The notes below the pieces were generated by a model that saw nothing but the letters and a program-made list of their open reading frames with translations, did not search any database and was not told where the DNA came from. A DNA stretch of 64,000 nt. Source: a virus (taxonomy: Duplodnaviria; Caudoviricetes). The stretch spans positions 24,339 to 88,338 of the IMG/VR virus record IMGVR_UViG_3300029288_000132, one strand, 5' to 3'. Shown piece by piece: positions 25,339-34,953 of the stretch. Numbering within the stretch: position 1 is the stretch's first letter; each line of letters opens with the position of its first letter. The translations under genes were made by a program, and so were the position numbers.

Positions 25339-28182
25339 CTATCTCCCGCTCACCACAACTCCGCCTGCTGCCAGGACTTCCTCGGAACTGAACGATGCCG
25401 AAGATTGCATGACTACCAGGTTGAGCACGATGAATTCAATCGCACGCGTCGGTTTGATGAACACCGACACCCATAATTGGTTCATGTCACGCCGCTGTGG
25501 AGTGTTATTCGACTCATCGCACACCACATTGTAAGCATCCAATCCACGTCGGGCTTGAATGTCAGCCATGAATGGATTGATAAGCGTTCGAACTTGTGCC
25601 CAAGTCGTAGAGTCGTTCGGCTCAAACACAAAAGCCCGAAGTGTCTGTACCAAATTCTTCTTTAGGTAGATCAGCAGCATCCGTACATTAACCCGGTCGA
25701 GAGCCGTCTCGGTACGCTGTAGCGTCCGCTGGCCGAAGACCACGATACCATCCTTCGGGAATGCAACCAATGGGTTTACGGCATTGCCGCTACCATATAA
25801 CAAGTCACGCTCGCCTTGACTCGGGTTGTATTCGACAGCCAAAGGCGTCAGCAACTTGCCACGATTGATACCAGCGGGAGCCATCCACTGATCGGCCACT
25901 CTCGACGTACGAGCGAAAACCGAACCAACATGCCCAGATGGCGGAACCCAGATGTTTTGTTTGCTGAATTGATCGTAGATTTCTAACCAGCCCCAGTATA
26001 GAGCACCGTAGCTGCTATTGATTGCATGAGACAAATCAGAAAGCAACATGCCGTTATGCCAGTCGACGACCTGCTGTGGCCGAAGTCCAAACGGAGGATC
26101 AACCAAATAGAGCACATCACCACGGCTTTCGCACAGTTGCAGACCTTGACCGATCACCGCACCAGATGTCATACCAGGGATGATGAGCAAGTTGATGTCG
26201 AATGTCTCGGAGTTCTGGACACCGTACATGCCGCTCGAATCTTGCGGATTGCCGATAATTGCGGCATCGAGTTCGCTCGAAAACGCTGGATCGGCAGGAA
26301 TACCATTAGCACCGCCGCTGAATATATGGCTCGTAAGCTGGGCTGGTTGCCTGACTTCATAGGTGCTCGGATCGAGTTCGTCATTGTTCAAGAATGCCGG
26401 GCGATCCTCCCAGTTGACGTAATCGTTACCGTTAGTACCGCCATAAACAGTACCAGGATTCAAGACATTTCCGATATAACGAGCATCGGTCTTGTCAAAG
26501 CTGATGTTCTGTACATTATCAGCAGTAGCACCATTCGGATCAGTAACAACCAATTGATAGCGTGCAGCTGGATTACCAGCGATTTGCGTTTGCAGAGCAA
26601 GTGTCAGAGTATAATCATCAAGCCACGTTCCGGCACTTGTCGCAACAAACCAACCGACAATGTTTTGGAAATATGCAGCATCCAAAGCACATTCTGGGCC
26701 GCTCGGATCTAACTCGCAGGACAACGGCACGGCGGGTGTCACTTCGCCAGTTGCCGGTAGTGAGACGCGACTATCATAGAACCCACGGTATGCCTTCGTG
26801 TATGGTGAAAGAATACCAAGCTCTTCTGCAAACGTCAACGTCTTAAGATTCGAATAACTGGCTTTTAGCTGTAGCTGATCCAATTGGTGTGAATCAGACG
26901 TCACGATAACGACATGCTGGATATTTCCAGGAGCCGTGATTGCAAACGATGTGAAGTACGTGTCGCCAGCATATGTGCCATTTCCATTGATCGCAGCCGC
27001 AATTGTGGCAGCAGATAAATTTGTCCCTGTCAAAATCGTGAAAGCGATGCTGACCGTCGTGCTTCTATCTGCCGGAATTATGTCGATTGCGATGCGATTG
27101 CTTTGGCTGTTGATGAAGTACGGCTCGGCGTCGGTCCCAAACAGGAAGCTACGTGGGATATCATAGACGTATTGTTCTGTTCCGACTTCCTTCGCAAAGG
27201 CACACGAGCTGGTGAGTTGAATGCGATGGCCAGCTACTTTCGTGCGAAGTTCCGGATAACCATCACTATTAACAACAGCAACATAATCCTCGACGGTGAC
27301 GAGCAAATTGATCGCATCGACGAGATCAGCCGCAGTCGTATAGGTAGCGGCTGGCATAATATAAGGACTGCCAGTACCCTCAACTTCAACCTCGAATGCC
27401 CTATTGTATGGCTTAGCGGTGAAAGAGAATACATCATTGGTATCCAGCCGTCCACTCGTAACCAGGATGTTGCAGACGAGCCCTTCACCGATTTCGATGT
27501 TGGTGCTGGTACCGGGTACCTTCTCGGATAAAACACCACTGACCATCAAAGCACTGTCTCGGCTACGGAATAATTGGAATGTGGCTCCGCTGATGGCGAA
27601 CCCAGTATCTGGCCTTCCGGTGATGAACAAAGAGAAAGTGTCGTCGAGACAGCCGGTGTAACTGTCGCTCAAATCAGTTTCACCGTCGAATTGTAATGTC
27701 GCGTCTGTTGGGCCTTCCGTAACTGACACACTCACATCAGTGAATTCGATGTTTTCGACCCCAGCGTCATGGAATATGACGGGGGATGACGTAGACACAG
27801 CCCTCAGTTGAAGCTTGCCGTAATCGATTCCAGTGAAGACCGGAATACGGCTCCAACCGTTGATTCGGCTCCCAGATGTATCGATACAGACATCATTCAG
27901 TTCATCAGGCTGACCATCTTGGCATTCAATGCCAACTCGAATGACATATGCTTGGTTGCTCTCTTCCAAGTAAGCAAGCACCGCATACATCAAATAGCTC
28001 TCGACAAACGGCTCACCGAAGATGTCGATTGCCTGTTGTGCACCTGTCACAAAGGTCGGAGTATTCATAGGACCTTTTTTGGCGGTGCCGACAAAAGCCG
28101 CACGGAGTGGTCCGGCGTTGCCAGTGACTGCGCTAAGGTCTATTTCCCTTGGATAAACACCAGGGCTCAGATATGTGGGCAT
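25339..28182 (-). CDS. tail sheath protein (gp18-like)
   Basis: MPTYLSPGVYPREID N-terminus; WVPPSG, WMAPAG.NRG, VNPLV.FP..G.VVFGQRTLQ...ALDRVNVRML, VFEPND, KPTRAIEFI. Confidence 0.97.
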   Translation of the reverse strand: MPTYLSPGVYPREIDLSAVTGNAGPLRAAFVGTAKKGPMNTPTFVTGAQQAIDIFGEPFVESYLMYAVLAYLEESNQAYVIRVGIECQDGQPDELNDVCIDTSGSRINGWSRIPVFTGIDYGKLQLRAVSTSSPVIFHDAGVENIEFTDVSVSVTEGPTDATLQFDGETDLSDSYTGCLDDTFSLFITGRPDTGFAISGATFQLFRSRDSALMVSGVLSEKVPGTSTNIEIGEGLVCNILVTSGRLDTNDVFSFTAKPYNRAFEVEVEGTGSPYIMPAATYTTAADLVDAINLLVTVEDYVAVVNSDGYPELRTKVAGHRIQLTSSCAFAKEVGTEQYVYDIPRSFLFGTDAEPYFINSQSNRIAIDIIPADRSTTVSIAFTILTGTNLSAATIAAAINGNGTYAGDTYFTSFAITAPGNIQHVVIVTSDSHQLDQLQLKASYSNLKTLTFAEELGILSPYTKAYRGFYDSRVSLPATGEVTPAVPLSCELDPSGPECALDAAYFQNIVGWFVATSAGTWLDDYTLTLALQTQIAGNPAARYQLVVTDPNGATADNVQNISFDKTDARYIGNVLNPGTVYGGTNGNDYVNWEDRPAFLNNDELDPSTYEVRQPAQLTSHIFSGGANGIPADPAFSSELDAAIIGNPQDSSGMYGVQNSETFDINLLIIPGMTSGAVIGQGLQLCESRGDVLYLVDPPFGLRPQQVVDWHNGMLLSDLSHAINSSYGALYWGWLEIYDQFSKQNIWVPPSGHVGSVFARTSRVADQWMAPAGINRGKLLTPLAVEYNPSQGERDLLYGSGNAVNPLVAFPKDGIVVFGQRTLQRTETALDRVNVRMLLIYLKKNLVQTLRAFVFEPNDSTTWAQVRTLINPFMADIQARRGLDAYNVVCDESNNTPQRRDMNQLWVSVFIKPTRAIEFIVLNLVVMQSSASFSSEEVLAAGGVVVSGR

Positions 28183-28190
28183 TGTCTAAT

Positions 28191-28291
28191 CTCCGTTGTC
28201 GAGTACCAAACTATCATAGATTTGCCGACAACCAGGGGCGACGGAGCAAATCACAATTTCTCTTTATCAGCTCAATATTACAGAACTGATA
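28191..28291 (-). promoter_or_regulatory. structured 5' leader of the sheath gene (hairpin plus putative H-type pseudoknot abutting the SD)
   Basis: S1 GATTTGC/GCAAATC, S2 GTTGTCG/CGACAAC ending at GGAG; upstream 9-bp hairpin at 28265-28291. Confidence 0.5.
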
Positions 28292-28362
28292 GTCGTCCTA
28301 AACTATATTTAGCTCGATATCTATAGCAATCCACAAAATGCCGCACTATTCGTGTGCAGATA

Positions 28363-28614
28363 TTAGCTTGGAGTAGCGACGGTCTTTTCGCTGTCGTGTA
28401 GAATTCTTATCATTCGCTTAGTGGTCAAGTTAGAAATTTGCGAATCGTTTAAGAAATTCTTTGGCAGTCGAACCGTTCTGCCCGGTCTGAGATAGATTGT
28501 TTGTTCATGCAGGAAAAAATCACCCCCAGGTGGCCTAACAGAAATGGGTATCATCTGGCGGCTAGAGTTATAAATCTGCACGACAAAGCTTGCTTCTCTG
28601 GTAGGTTGTTTCAT
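28363..28614 (-). CDS. small hypothetical protein upstream of sheath
   Basis: 83 aa, AAGGT SD; shares the TIxxRxGRxVRLP motif with the GT at 40308. Confidence 0.7.
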   Translation of the reverse strand: MKQPTREASFVVQIYNSSRQMIPISVRPPGGDFFLHEQTIYLRPGRTVRLPKNFLNDSQISNLTTKRMIRILHDSEKTVATPS

Positions 28615-28676
28615 AAACTTACCTTATTGATGGAACGATAATTACCATGCCACTATTTACATCTCAGATCTTCTAT

Positions 28677-29549
28677 CTACACATCCCAACCGCCAGATGC
28701 TGGGTTACAAAATAATTTGGTTGTATCTCCACGACCGATAGATAATAGTTGGTTCGTGCTAGATTCCCTAATGACATTAACGTGGCCAAGTATAGTTGGT
28801 ACTATAAGCTCTGGTAGTGGCAACCACGCTTCGGCAGTCATAGAGAATTCATATCGCGTCTTAGCTTTTTGGTCGAAACCAGCCTCTTTTTCACTAGTAT
28901 CGGCAGACCCCTCGAACCTCAGCTGCACACTACCTTGAAGATGCTGGTCACTCATCACAAATTCTGCCAATGGATTAAAACGTGTCAGAATTTGTTCAAG
29001 CGCATTATCTGCGTCTCTCTTCCAAGACGCCCATATTGTCATAGTATACTTAACCAAGAATGGTACTGGTCGTCTGATTAGAGCAACACGGTCCATGCGG
29101 CTACTGGTATATCTGCGAGCCATAGTTAGCACTGGCGAGCTAAACTTCTGTGGGTTAAATTCATGGCTCAATCTATTTATAGAAGCGACTGGGAATTTTA
29201 CTCTACCATCCTTCAACTGATCTCGCCAAATAAGAATACTTTTATCGCCACCAGCTATCTTGACTCTCATAAATCGATAAGAATCTTTAGTCGGCACCCT
29301 AATACCAGACCAATATGTCTTCATGGCTTCATCTAGTGCATGAAAGCCAGGCATTAAAAATTCTTGAACGAACTCTGGCTGTGTTCCTAATGGTTCGCCA
29401 TATATCTTACTGCGACCACCTTGAACATCGCTGCTTTGTGCGACAGCTATTGGCACTAGGTCTATCTGCGGCTTTAGTTCTGGCCCAGGAACAGGGCGAG
29501 ATGTTTTCACCTGTTCAAGCACATCAGGTGTAAATTCATAGACAGCCAT
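28677..29549 (-). CDS. tail terminator / completion protein (gp15-like)
   Basis: RPVPFLVKYTMTIWAS...LEQILTRFNP motif; lies between neck and sheath genes. Confidence 0.7.
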   Translation of the reverse strand: MAVYEFTPDVLEQVKTSRPVPGPELKPQIDLVPIAVAQSSDVQGGRSKIYGEPLGTQPEFVQEFLMPGFHALDEAMKTYWSGIRVPTKDSYRFMRVKIAGGDKSILIWRDQLKDGRVKFPVASINRLSHEFNPQKFSSPVLTMARRYTSSRMDRVALIRRPVPFLVKYTMTIWASWKRDADNALEQILTRFNPLAEFVMSDQHLQGSVQLRFEGSADTSEKEAGFDQKAKTRYEFSMTAEAWLPLPELIVPTILGHVNVIRESSTNQLLSIGRGDTTKLFCNPASGGWDV

Positions 29550-29884
29550 TATTTGCCACCTTTACTCAGAAATGCTACTAAGTTTCCTGGTACTGGTCCT
29601 ACACAAGTACCAGATGGCGTAGCACCGATGCGATCCATTAAATCTTTGAATTCTTCTACTATCGTATTGTGCTCTAATTTATCAACCCATTCTTGGATCT
29701 GTAATGAAATCATAGTCCCAGAAGACGTCTGATCGATCGAGACAGTAACACTGTCTTTCGACCCCAGTCCTAAAAGCTCCTTACGAAGATTGGTGCGGAA
29801 TGCACTACCAACAATACCAGCACGGCTATCTAGATCGAGAGCGATTTGCCCTATTAATTCTCTCGGATTTGAAAATTCTTTCAT
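29549..29884 (-). CDS. hypothetical protein
   Basis: ATG 29884 overlaps the upstream stop (ATGA); MKEFSNPREL... Confidence 0.6.
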   Translation of the reverse strand: MKEFSNPRELIGQIALDLDSRAGIVGSAFRTNLRKELLGLGSKDSVTVSIDQTSSGTMISLQIQEWVDKLEHNTIVEEFKDLMDRIGATPSGTCVGPVPGNLVAFLSKGGK

Positions 29885-30234
29885 GATAGTCGTGATCTGA
29901 TATATTTCAACACATCGACCCAATCAACATCTAAGTGTAATCCAACGTAGTAGGTATCACCATTGTGCGTACTATGATCGACAAACCCACCGTCAGCTAA
30001 CAGCTTTGTGGCGATACGAGTATTATCACCAACAAACGTTAAATATGGTTCCATCCATTCATCTACGTGCTCATATTGAGTACCTGGCGCATGACCCATG
30101 CATGAGCTAATGGTTTTGAAACCAGCCTTATTTAATAGATGGATCGTATCGATGAAGTTTGGGTCTTTATCCCAATATTTTGGATCAGCGGTATCGCTAG
30201 CAATGCTGTTCTCGTGAATGGCTCTTAACTTCAT
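29881..30234 (-). CDS. hypothetical protein with MKLRAIHE leader
   Basis: 117 aa; LNKAGFKTISSCMGH motif. Confidence 0.65.
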   Translation of the reverse strand: MKLRAIHENSIASDTADPKYWDKDPNFIDTIHLLNKAGFKTISSCMGHAPGTQYEHVDEWMEPYLTFVGDNTRIATKLLADGGFVDHSTHNGDTYYVGLHLDVDWVDVLKYIRSRLS

Positions 30235-30836
30235 CCATCGACCTCATCCGTATATTCGTCAGTACTAGTAACGATGTCTTGTGCTGGGCGTAGATTGACG
30301 TCACCGACGATAAGAGTAGTCACGCATTTCAAGTAGAGCCAGGTATATCTAAAATTTCCGATTTCAGAAGCATTATCGATCATGAAATATTTCGGCTTCT
30401 GCTGCGATTGTGAATCGAACGGCAATTCTATCAGATCACCAGGGCGAAATAACCTATTTGGTGCGGCTTCTACGACTTGTTCAAGTGCAAAAACGATTTC
30501 TTGCTTATTCGGGCAATCAACACCCCATAGCGTAAGCTCGTATTCCATCGGATTAGGGACGAAGAATCCTTTGAGAGTTATCGGGCTCCAATAAGTTGGA
30601 TCTGCGTCTTCGTCGAATGTCTTATCATGATCCATATTGTCCGTTCTCGTGTGAATCCGGACAAGAGCACCATTAACTTGGATCATCTCTAGTGCAATTT
30701 TCTTAGCTAGCCCTATATCCGATGAATCTACATCATGAGCTTGGAATAGTGGATTGAACTGTTCCACATCGCTACGAAAATCGGTCTGTAAACCAGTCGG
30801 CCCCTGCTCATTGATAGAACTAAAACTATAAATCAT
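30231..30836 (-). CDS. neck protein (gp14-like)
   Basis: EMIQVNGA.VRIH...DKTFDED...ELTLWGVD...GDLIELPFD...YFMI. Confidence 0.75.
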   Translation of the reverse strand: MIYSFSSINEQGPTGLQTDFRSDVEQFNPLFQAHDVDSSDIGLAKKIALEMIQVNGALVRIHTRTDNMDHDKTFDEDADPTYWSPITLKGFFVPNPMEYELTLWGVDCPNKQEIVFALEQVVEAAPNRLFRPGDLIELPFDSQSQQKPKYFMIDNASEIGNFRYTWLYLKCVTTLIVGDVNLRPAQDIVTSTDEYTDEVDG

Positions 30837-30842
30837 ATCTTA

Positions 30843-31370
30843 TCACATCGACAAAGGAATGTCATCTGTCGGCGCTGGACTGTCACGCGGGTCGTTTCCG
30901 TAATAATACGGACCAAACAAAAGTGATGGAGCAATACCAAAAACCTTGCCTTCTGGAACATAACATTTCACCGGTGGCGGCATTTGTTGCTGGAAATTCT
31001 TCGACGGGCACCACCCCTGATCTGAAACAATACAACTAGGTTGCTGGTCTACTTCTTCATCAGAGTCAGCAAGGCTCCGAAGAATTGCATAATAATCTGG
31101 CATTGGAACACATGGACAATCGACATAATGTGGCGGTAGAACAAACCATTTCTGTGTCGACCCATTAGATTGTCCTGCATTCCATTGCCATTCGATTGTC
31201 GATCCTGGAATTGCAGCTAACGCAACTGACAATTTCACATACGCACTCTTGCATCTGTGCATCCAAGAAAGGCTGGTAGTGGTAAACGACGCTTCAGGTT
31301 CACAACCTGGTACTGCAACACTGTCTGCGCCAACCACTTCCAATTTATTAGCTATATAGATCTGTCGCAT
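30843..31370 (-). CDS. hypothetical protein
   Basis: 175 aa with upstream AAATATAT motif and GAGG SD. Confidence 0.65.
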   Translation of the reverse strand: MRQIYIANKLEVVGADSVAVPGCEPEASFTTTSLSWMHRCKSAYVKLSVALAAIPGSTIEWQWNAGQSNGSTQKWFVLPPHYVDCPCVPMPDYYAILRSLADSDEEVDQQPSCIVSDQGWCPSKNFQQQMPPPVKCYVPEGKVFGIAPSLLFGPYYYGNDPRDSPAPTDDIPLSM

Positions 31371-31390
31371 GGCAGCCTTACCTCGCTACC

Positions 31391-31398
31391 ATATATTT
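31391..31398 (-). promoter_or_regulatory. putative late-promoter motif AAATATAT
   Basis: Intergenic, 21 nt before start 31370; also at 33215, 51951, 29900, 14645. Confidence 0.45.
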
Positions 31399-31445
31399 CA
31401 ACTAGAACGCATTCTTTCTTCAAGCCTATCAGCTATAGCATTAAT

Positions 31446-31910
31446 TTAACAGTCGGCGACCGAATCTTCACTTTCGCCTATATGACCGGCAGATAGGGAG
31501 CCACGTAGATTACTATTTTGTATTAGCTGATCGGCCTTACTCTTGATATCTTTCAGTCTAGCAATAGCCTCGCCAAGAGAACCGGTGACAAAGAAATCCT
31601 CTATTCCTAGTATCCCAGCCAAGCTATTTTTACCAGTTTGGCTTATATCGCTAGGAATTTGAATTCTAACTCTGTCGTCGTCCTCGATAGTAACCATTAT
31701 CGTCTGAGATTCTGGGGTCAGAGCATTCTGTCCAGCTTCTATATAGACAATGGCGTCGTCTGTCGGGCTTTCTGCTGGTTTCATGCTTGGTTTGCGAAAG
31801 CCAAGAGCACGTAATGCAGATACCAATTTATCAGCCAACGAATTCTTCAATATGGCAATATTGCCCAGCTCAGATGCAGCAATACCTTCGGTTAACATGT
31901 TAAGTCGCAT
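31446..31910 (-). CDS. hypothetical (putative head-internal) protein, MRLNMLTE leader
   Basis: 154 aa ORF. Confidence 0.65.
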   Translation of the reverse strand: MRLNMLTEGIAASELGNIAILKNSLADKLVSALRALGFRKPSMKPAESPTDDAIVYIEAGQNALTPESQTIMVTIEDDDRVRIQIPSDISQTGKNSLAGILGIEDFFVTGSLGEAIARLKDIKSKADQLIQNSNLRGSLSAGHIGESEDSVADC

Positions 31911-31919
31911 AATATAGAT

Positions 31920-32192
31920 TTAACTTGATGGTTCTACTACATCGAAGAATTTCTTTACAGCACCCGATAACGTTTTAGCTGATTGATAACAACGATGTGT
32001 GTTGCAATAGTAATAGGTCTCACCACGCACAACTGCTTTTTTGATAGCCGGGCTTGGCTTGCCGTTGGAACCAAAGTGCCAAACAGCCTGAGCGGCCATA
32101 ATCCGTTCACGCTCCGCGTCTGTTAATTCTACCTTATTCTTCTCTAGAGTATCAAATTGCGGACCGGACTCACTCAATAAATATAATCGCAT
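31920..32192 (-). CDS. hypothetical (putative head-internal) protein, MRLYLLSE leader
   Basis: ATG 32192 directly after the upstream stop. Confidence 0.6.
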   Translation of the reverse strand: MRLYLLSESGPQFDTLEKNKVELTDAERERIMAAQAVWHFGSNGKPSPAIKKAVVRGETYYYCNTHRCYQSAKTLSGAVKKFFDVVEPSS

Positions 32193-32193
32193 A

Positions 32194-32394
32194 TCATTCC
32201 TGTTTACCAGCACGAAAGAATGCATTGACACCACTGACCGCAGCCGAGCTAACAAAGAATATCAGCAGAGTCAGAAACGTCTTCGACGTTATCTCTGGAT
32301 CAATGTTTGTCCAGATCATAGCTAAGCCAAGTAATGCACTGATAACAATCGTCACAATGCAAACCGCAAAACACACCTTATTCAATGGACTCAC
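32194..32394 (-). CDS. small two-TM membrane protein
   Basis: Two hydrophobic helices; GGAGG SD upstream. Confidence 0.65.
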   Translation of the reverse strand: MSPLNKVCFAVCIVTIVISALLGLAMIWTNIDPEITSKTFLTLLIFFVSSAAVSGVNAFFRAGKQE

Positions 32395-32434
32395 AATACA
32401 CCTCCTATTGTTATTCTACACTATCTCTATCGGG

Positions 32435-33196
32435 TTACGCTTTCACGATGGGCATAGGCTCTCCAAGATGGATCGCTTTCTCTATGATGGCGAGTTTTTC
32501 TTCTTTTCCTTCTGCCGCAAGTGCTTCTCCGTCTAATGCTAGGCTGCCGCCATCAGGCATCGGTATCCCGGCAATCTTGCGACGTGCAGCTCCGACCATT
32601 ATCTTAGTCTCAGCAAGCAACATCTCCGAGGCTAGTAGTTTGGCTTGCGGGCTACGGAAATGTGTAATAGTCGGGTAATACAAAACAGTTACCGGGAAAG
32701 CACCTTTGGGCGTCGGATATAGTCTGATTAGCTGATCACCAGGACCATCACCACCTTCGTTAAGCACATCCCAATGCCCTATAGTTCCAAGAATCTGTTG
32801 TGAAGATCGGCGATACGCTTGCAATAAATAATAATCAGTAAGGATGTTCTGAATACCAGAGATATTACCGATATTGAACAAAAAGCTCTCAGCACCGAAT
32901 ACGTCATCGATACGTGTCGTAACTGGATCCCACTGCACCTCTTGAATCCAATAAGCGTCTTCTGGCATCGGGTATGTCGGTACCAGTGGCTCTGTGTAGA
33001 AGAGAGCCAGTTTTTGCTCTCTTGGGAAATAACCGCTGATGAAATCGCAAGTAACGCGCAGAGCTATCTCGAATTGGGCTTCCGTCACCTCAACATTCAC
33101 TGCAGGATGACCAAGTTGAGCTAGAACATATGCCTTCATTGGGTTCGGATTCAATTTCAGAACCACAGGCAAATCACTCGGTCCGATAATGGCCAT
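32435..33196 (-). CDS. neck/head-completion protein (gp13-like)
   Basis: KAYVLAQLGHPAVNVEVTEAQFE.AL; G..R.K....PMPDGG.L.LDGE.L..EG.EE. Confidence 0.8.
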   Translation of the reverse strand: MAIIGPSDLPVVLKLNPNPMKAYVLAQLGHPAVNVEVTEAQFEIALRVTCDFISGYFPREQKLALFYTEPLVPTYPMPEDAYWIQEVQWDPVTTRIDDVFGAESFLFNIGNISGIQNILTDYYLLQAYRRSSQQILGTIGHWDVLNEGGDGPGDQLIRLYPTPKGAFPVTVLYYPTITHFRSPQAKLLASEMLLAETKIMVGAARRKIAGIPMPDGGSLALDGEALAAEGKEEKLAIIEKAIHLGEPMPIVKA

Positions 33197-33214
33197 ATAT
33201 GCAACTCCTCTGAG

Positions 33215-33222
33215 ATATATTT
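33215..33222 (-). promoter_or_regulatory. putative late-promoter motif AAATATAT
   Basis: In the 29-nt intergenic gap, upstream of GAGGAG SD and gp13-like start. Confidence 0.45.
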
Positions 33223-33225
33223 AAA

Positions 33226-33780
33226 CTAAGACGCTCGCTCTTCTTGTGCTCTTTTCCATAATTCAATTGCTTGGGCTCTTGCCATTTCATCTAGCGAGCC
33301 GAAGACGTTATCTTCTAAATATTGCAATGAAATGTCGTTTCTCTTAACTAGCTCTATAAAATCAGCACGATGTCTAAATTGGCTAATACCAGCTTCAATC
33401 TTCATCACAAGCAATTGCGGTAAATCTATTACTTTCAACCCAGCTTTAGTATTAGATGGTTTCTTGAACGTAGTATGTCGGACTTTGAGACCACTATAAT
33501 ATAATTGTATGGTATAGCCAGATAATGAAAACTTATTGTTCTTACCAAGACTGTCACCACCATTCTTAATAATTGCATTTGCAACTTTATCGTAATCGGA
33601 TCTGTCGATTAATATATCGACGTCTTCGGTATTTCTAGTATAATTATATGAACCTAGCGCTACGCCACCTATGAGATCTGCTGGGACGCCAGCCTGCTGT
33701 AATATAATATTGAGAGTGTCTATGACCTTATGACGGTTCTCAAACAATGTCATAGATATTGATAAGTCATGTAGATTCAT
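33226..33780 (-). CDS. nucleotidyltransferase (pol-beta superfamily, AbiEii/DUF6036-like)
   Basis: LIGGVALGSY...RNTEDVDILI, L..LLVMKIEAG...RHRADFIEL. Confidence 0.8.
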   Translation of the reverse strand: MNLHDLSISMTLFENRHKVIDTLNIILQQAGVPADLIGGVALGSYNYTRNTEDVDILIDRSDYDKVANAIIKNGGDSLGKNNKFSLSGYTIQLYYSGLKVRHTTFKKPSNTKAGLKVIDLPQLLVMKIEAGISQFRHRADFIELVKRNDISLQYLEDNVFGSLDEMARAQAIELWKRAQEERAS

Positions 33781-33793
33781 GACTTATCTACAA

Positions 33794-34327
33794 TCAGGAT
33801 GGGAAAGTTTGCCCTGCGTCACCATAAGTGATGTTCTTATAGACGAGCCTAAAGACTTCTGGATGATTGCCAGAGTCATCGGTAATAGTCGATGCCGCTG
33901 TGTCGAGAGCGGTATGTAATGCTTTCACTTCCGCCACAACAGTCGCTGTCGGTTGGCCTACCGTCCCATCCCACAAACGGGGTCCGCGAGGGCCAGTAAG
34001 AACTTGATTTGTGTGGATTAGCGTCAGTGCTGGCGCTGGTTGGGCACTCGGATTGCTGCTTACGGTATAGAATCCCTCAACCATCAATAGCGATGGATTG
34101 TTTCCGATTTGTGGGCGCACGCCCATTCCGTTGGCGATGCTGCCGAATTTTTCGCTCAGCTGATTTTGCCCACCCTCAGGCTCCGGCATCGTAATCTGTG
34201 AGACGAGTTTCAGTTCTCCGTAAAGTTGAATACCCAACCGCTGCAGGTCTCGGATGTAGTCCCACTTGCTCTTACCGCGTGCAGGCACAGTTCGAAAGTA
34301 GGCAGTGAATGGTACTAATGCTGACAT
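33794..34327 (-). CDS. hypothetical, probably abundant virion protein
   Basis: 177 aa; GGAG SD; GC-rich codons like the sheath. Confidence 0.7.
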   Translation of the reverse strand: MSALVPFTAYFRTVPARGKSKWDYIRDLQRLGIQLYGELKLVSQITMPEPEGGQNQLSEKFGSIANGMGVRPQIGNNPSLLMVEGFYTVSSNPSAQPAPALTLIHTNQVLTGPRGPRLWDGTVGQPTATVVAEVKALHTALDTAASTITDDSGNHPEVFRLVYKNITYGDAGQTFPS

Positions 34328-34424
34328 ATCGAAATCTCCGATCTGCTGTGTTACAAATTATTTTTGGCGGGCAAACTTTCTCTTGGAGCCGTATTTTAAA
34401 CAGGAACTCTTACAAGGAGAACAG

Positions 34425-34709
34425 ATGACCCGCGATGAAATCAGAGCAGAATCATTCAACAGGATTACTATAGCTCTGAACGAAGTCTTCCCTAACATCC
34501 CATCTAAAGCAGATGGCGATTTCTTAAGTTTCGACGGGGAAGCAGTCAAGATCGAGATGTCCAGCTGCGATGCTTATGAGGGATATTTCGATATCACCAA
34601 TGACGAAGGCAGCCTCGGAACATTATGGGGCGTCAAGCCAGTAGTCAATGTCTTGGTTAGAGCAGTTTGTGATATCCGTAGGCAGAAAGTGTTAAGTGGG
34701 TTGAGATAA
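34425..34709 (+). CDS. hypothetical protein
   Basis: AAGGAG SD before ATG 34425 (MTRDEIRAES). Confidence 0.65.
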   Translation: MTRDEIRAESFNRITIALNEVFPNIPSKADGDFLSFDGEAVKIEMSSCDAYEGYFDITNDEGSLGTLWGVKPVVNVLVRAVCDIRRQKVLSGLR

Positions 34710-34710
34710 A

Positions 34711-34739
34711 TTAATAATCATCCCTCATCGTGCTATAAC
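34711..34739 (+). promoter_or_regulatory. sigma70-like promoter with extended -10
   Basis: TTAATA-17 nt (ending CGTGC)-TATAAC. Confidence 0.65.
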
Positions 34740-34755
34740 CTCTTCGGAGGATAGA

Positions 34756-34953
34756 ATGAGCACGACAAGAGAAATATCTTTTTGCACAAGAGTGTGGAGT
34801 AACATTAGACGCTATCTCATTCCGAGCAAATGGAAGAAACGAATTATGCTGTATAAGCTATTCAAAGGCTCCGGTGCGGATATAAGCGATCTAACGCTTG
34901 GTGAAAATATGGTGATGTTGCTTGACGAAATCACCGGAATTTTCAAGAGCTAG
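34756..34953 (+). CDS. small hypothetical protein
   Basis: GGAGG SD and upstream promoter. Confidence 0.65.
   Translation: MSTTREISFCTRVWSNIRRYLIPSKWKKRIMLYKLFKGSGADISDLTLGENMVMLLDEITGIFKS

Noticed and set aside
26026-28326. Several 140-230 aa plus-strand ORFs
   Set aside because: Antisense to the GC-rich sheath gene, where stops are naturally scarce.
1865-33196. Bacterial T6SS/eCIS locus or giant eukaryotic virus
   Set aside because: Neck proteins, tape measure, primase, helicase, SSB and SD motifs with no cellular housekeeping genes indicate a tailed phage.
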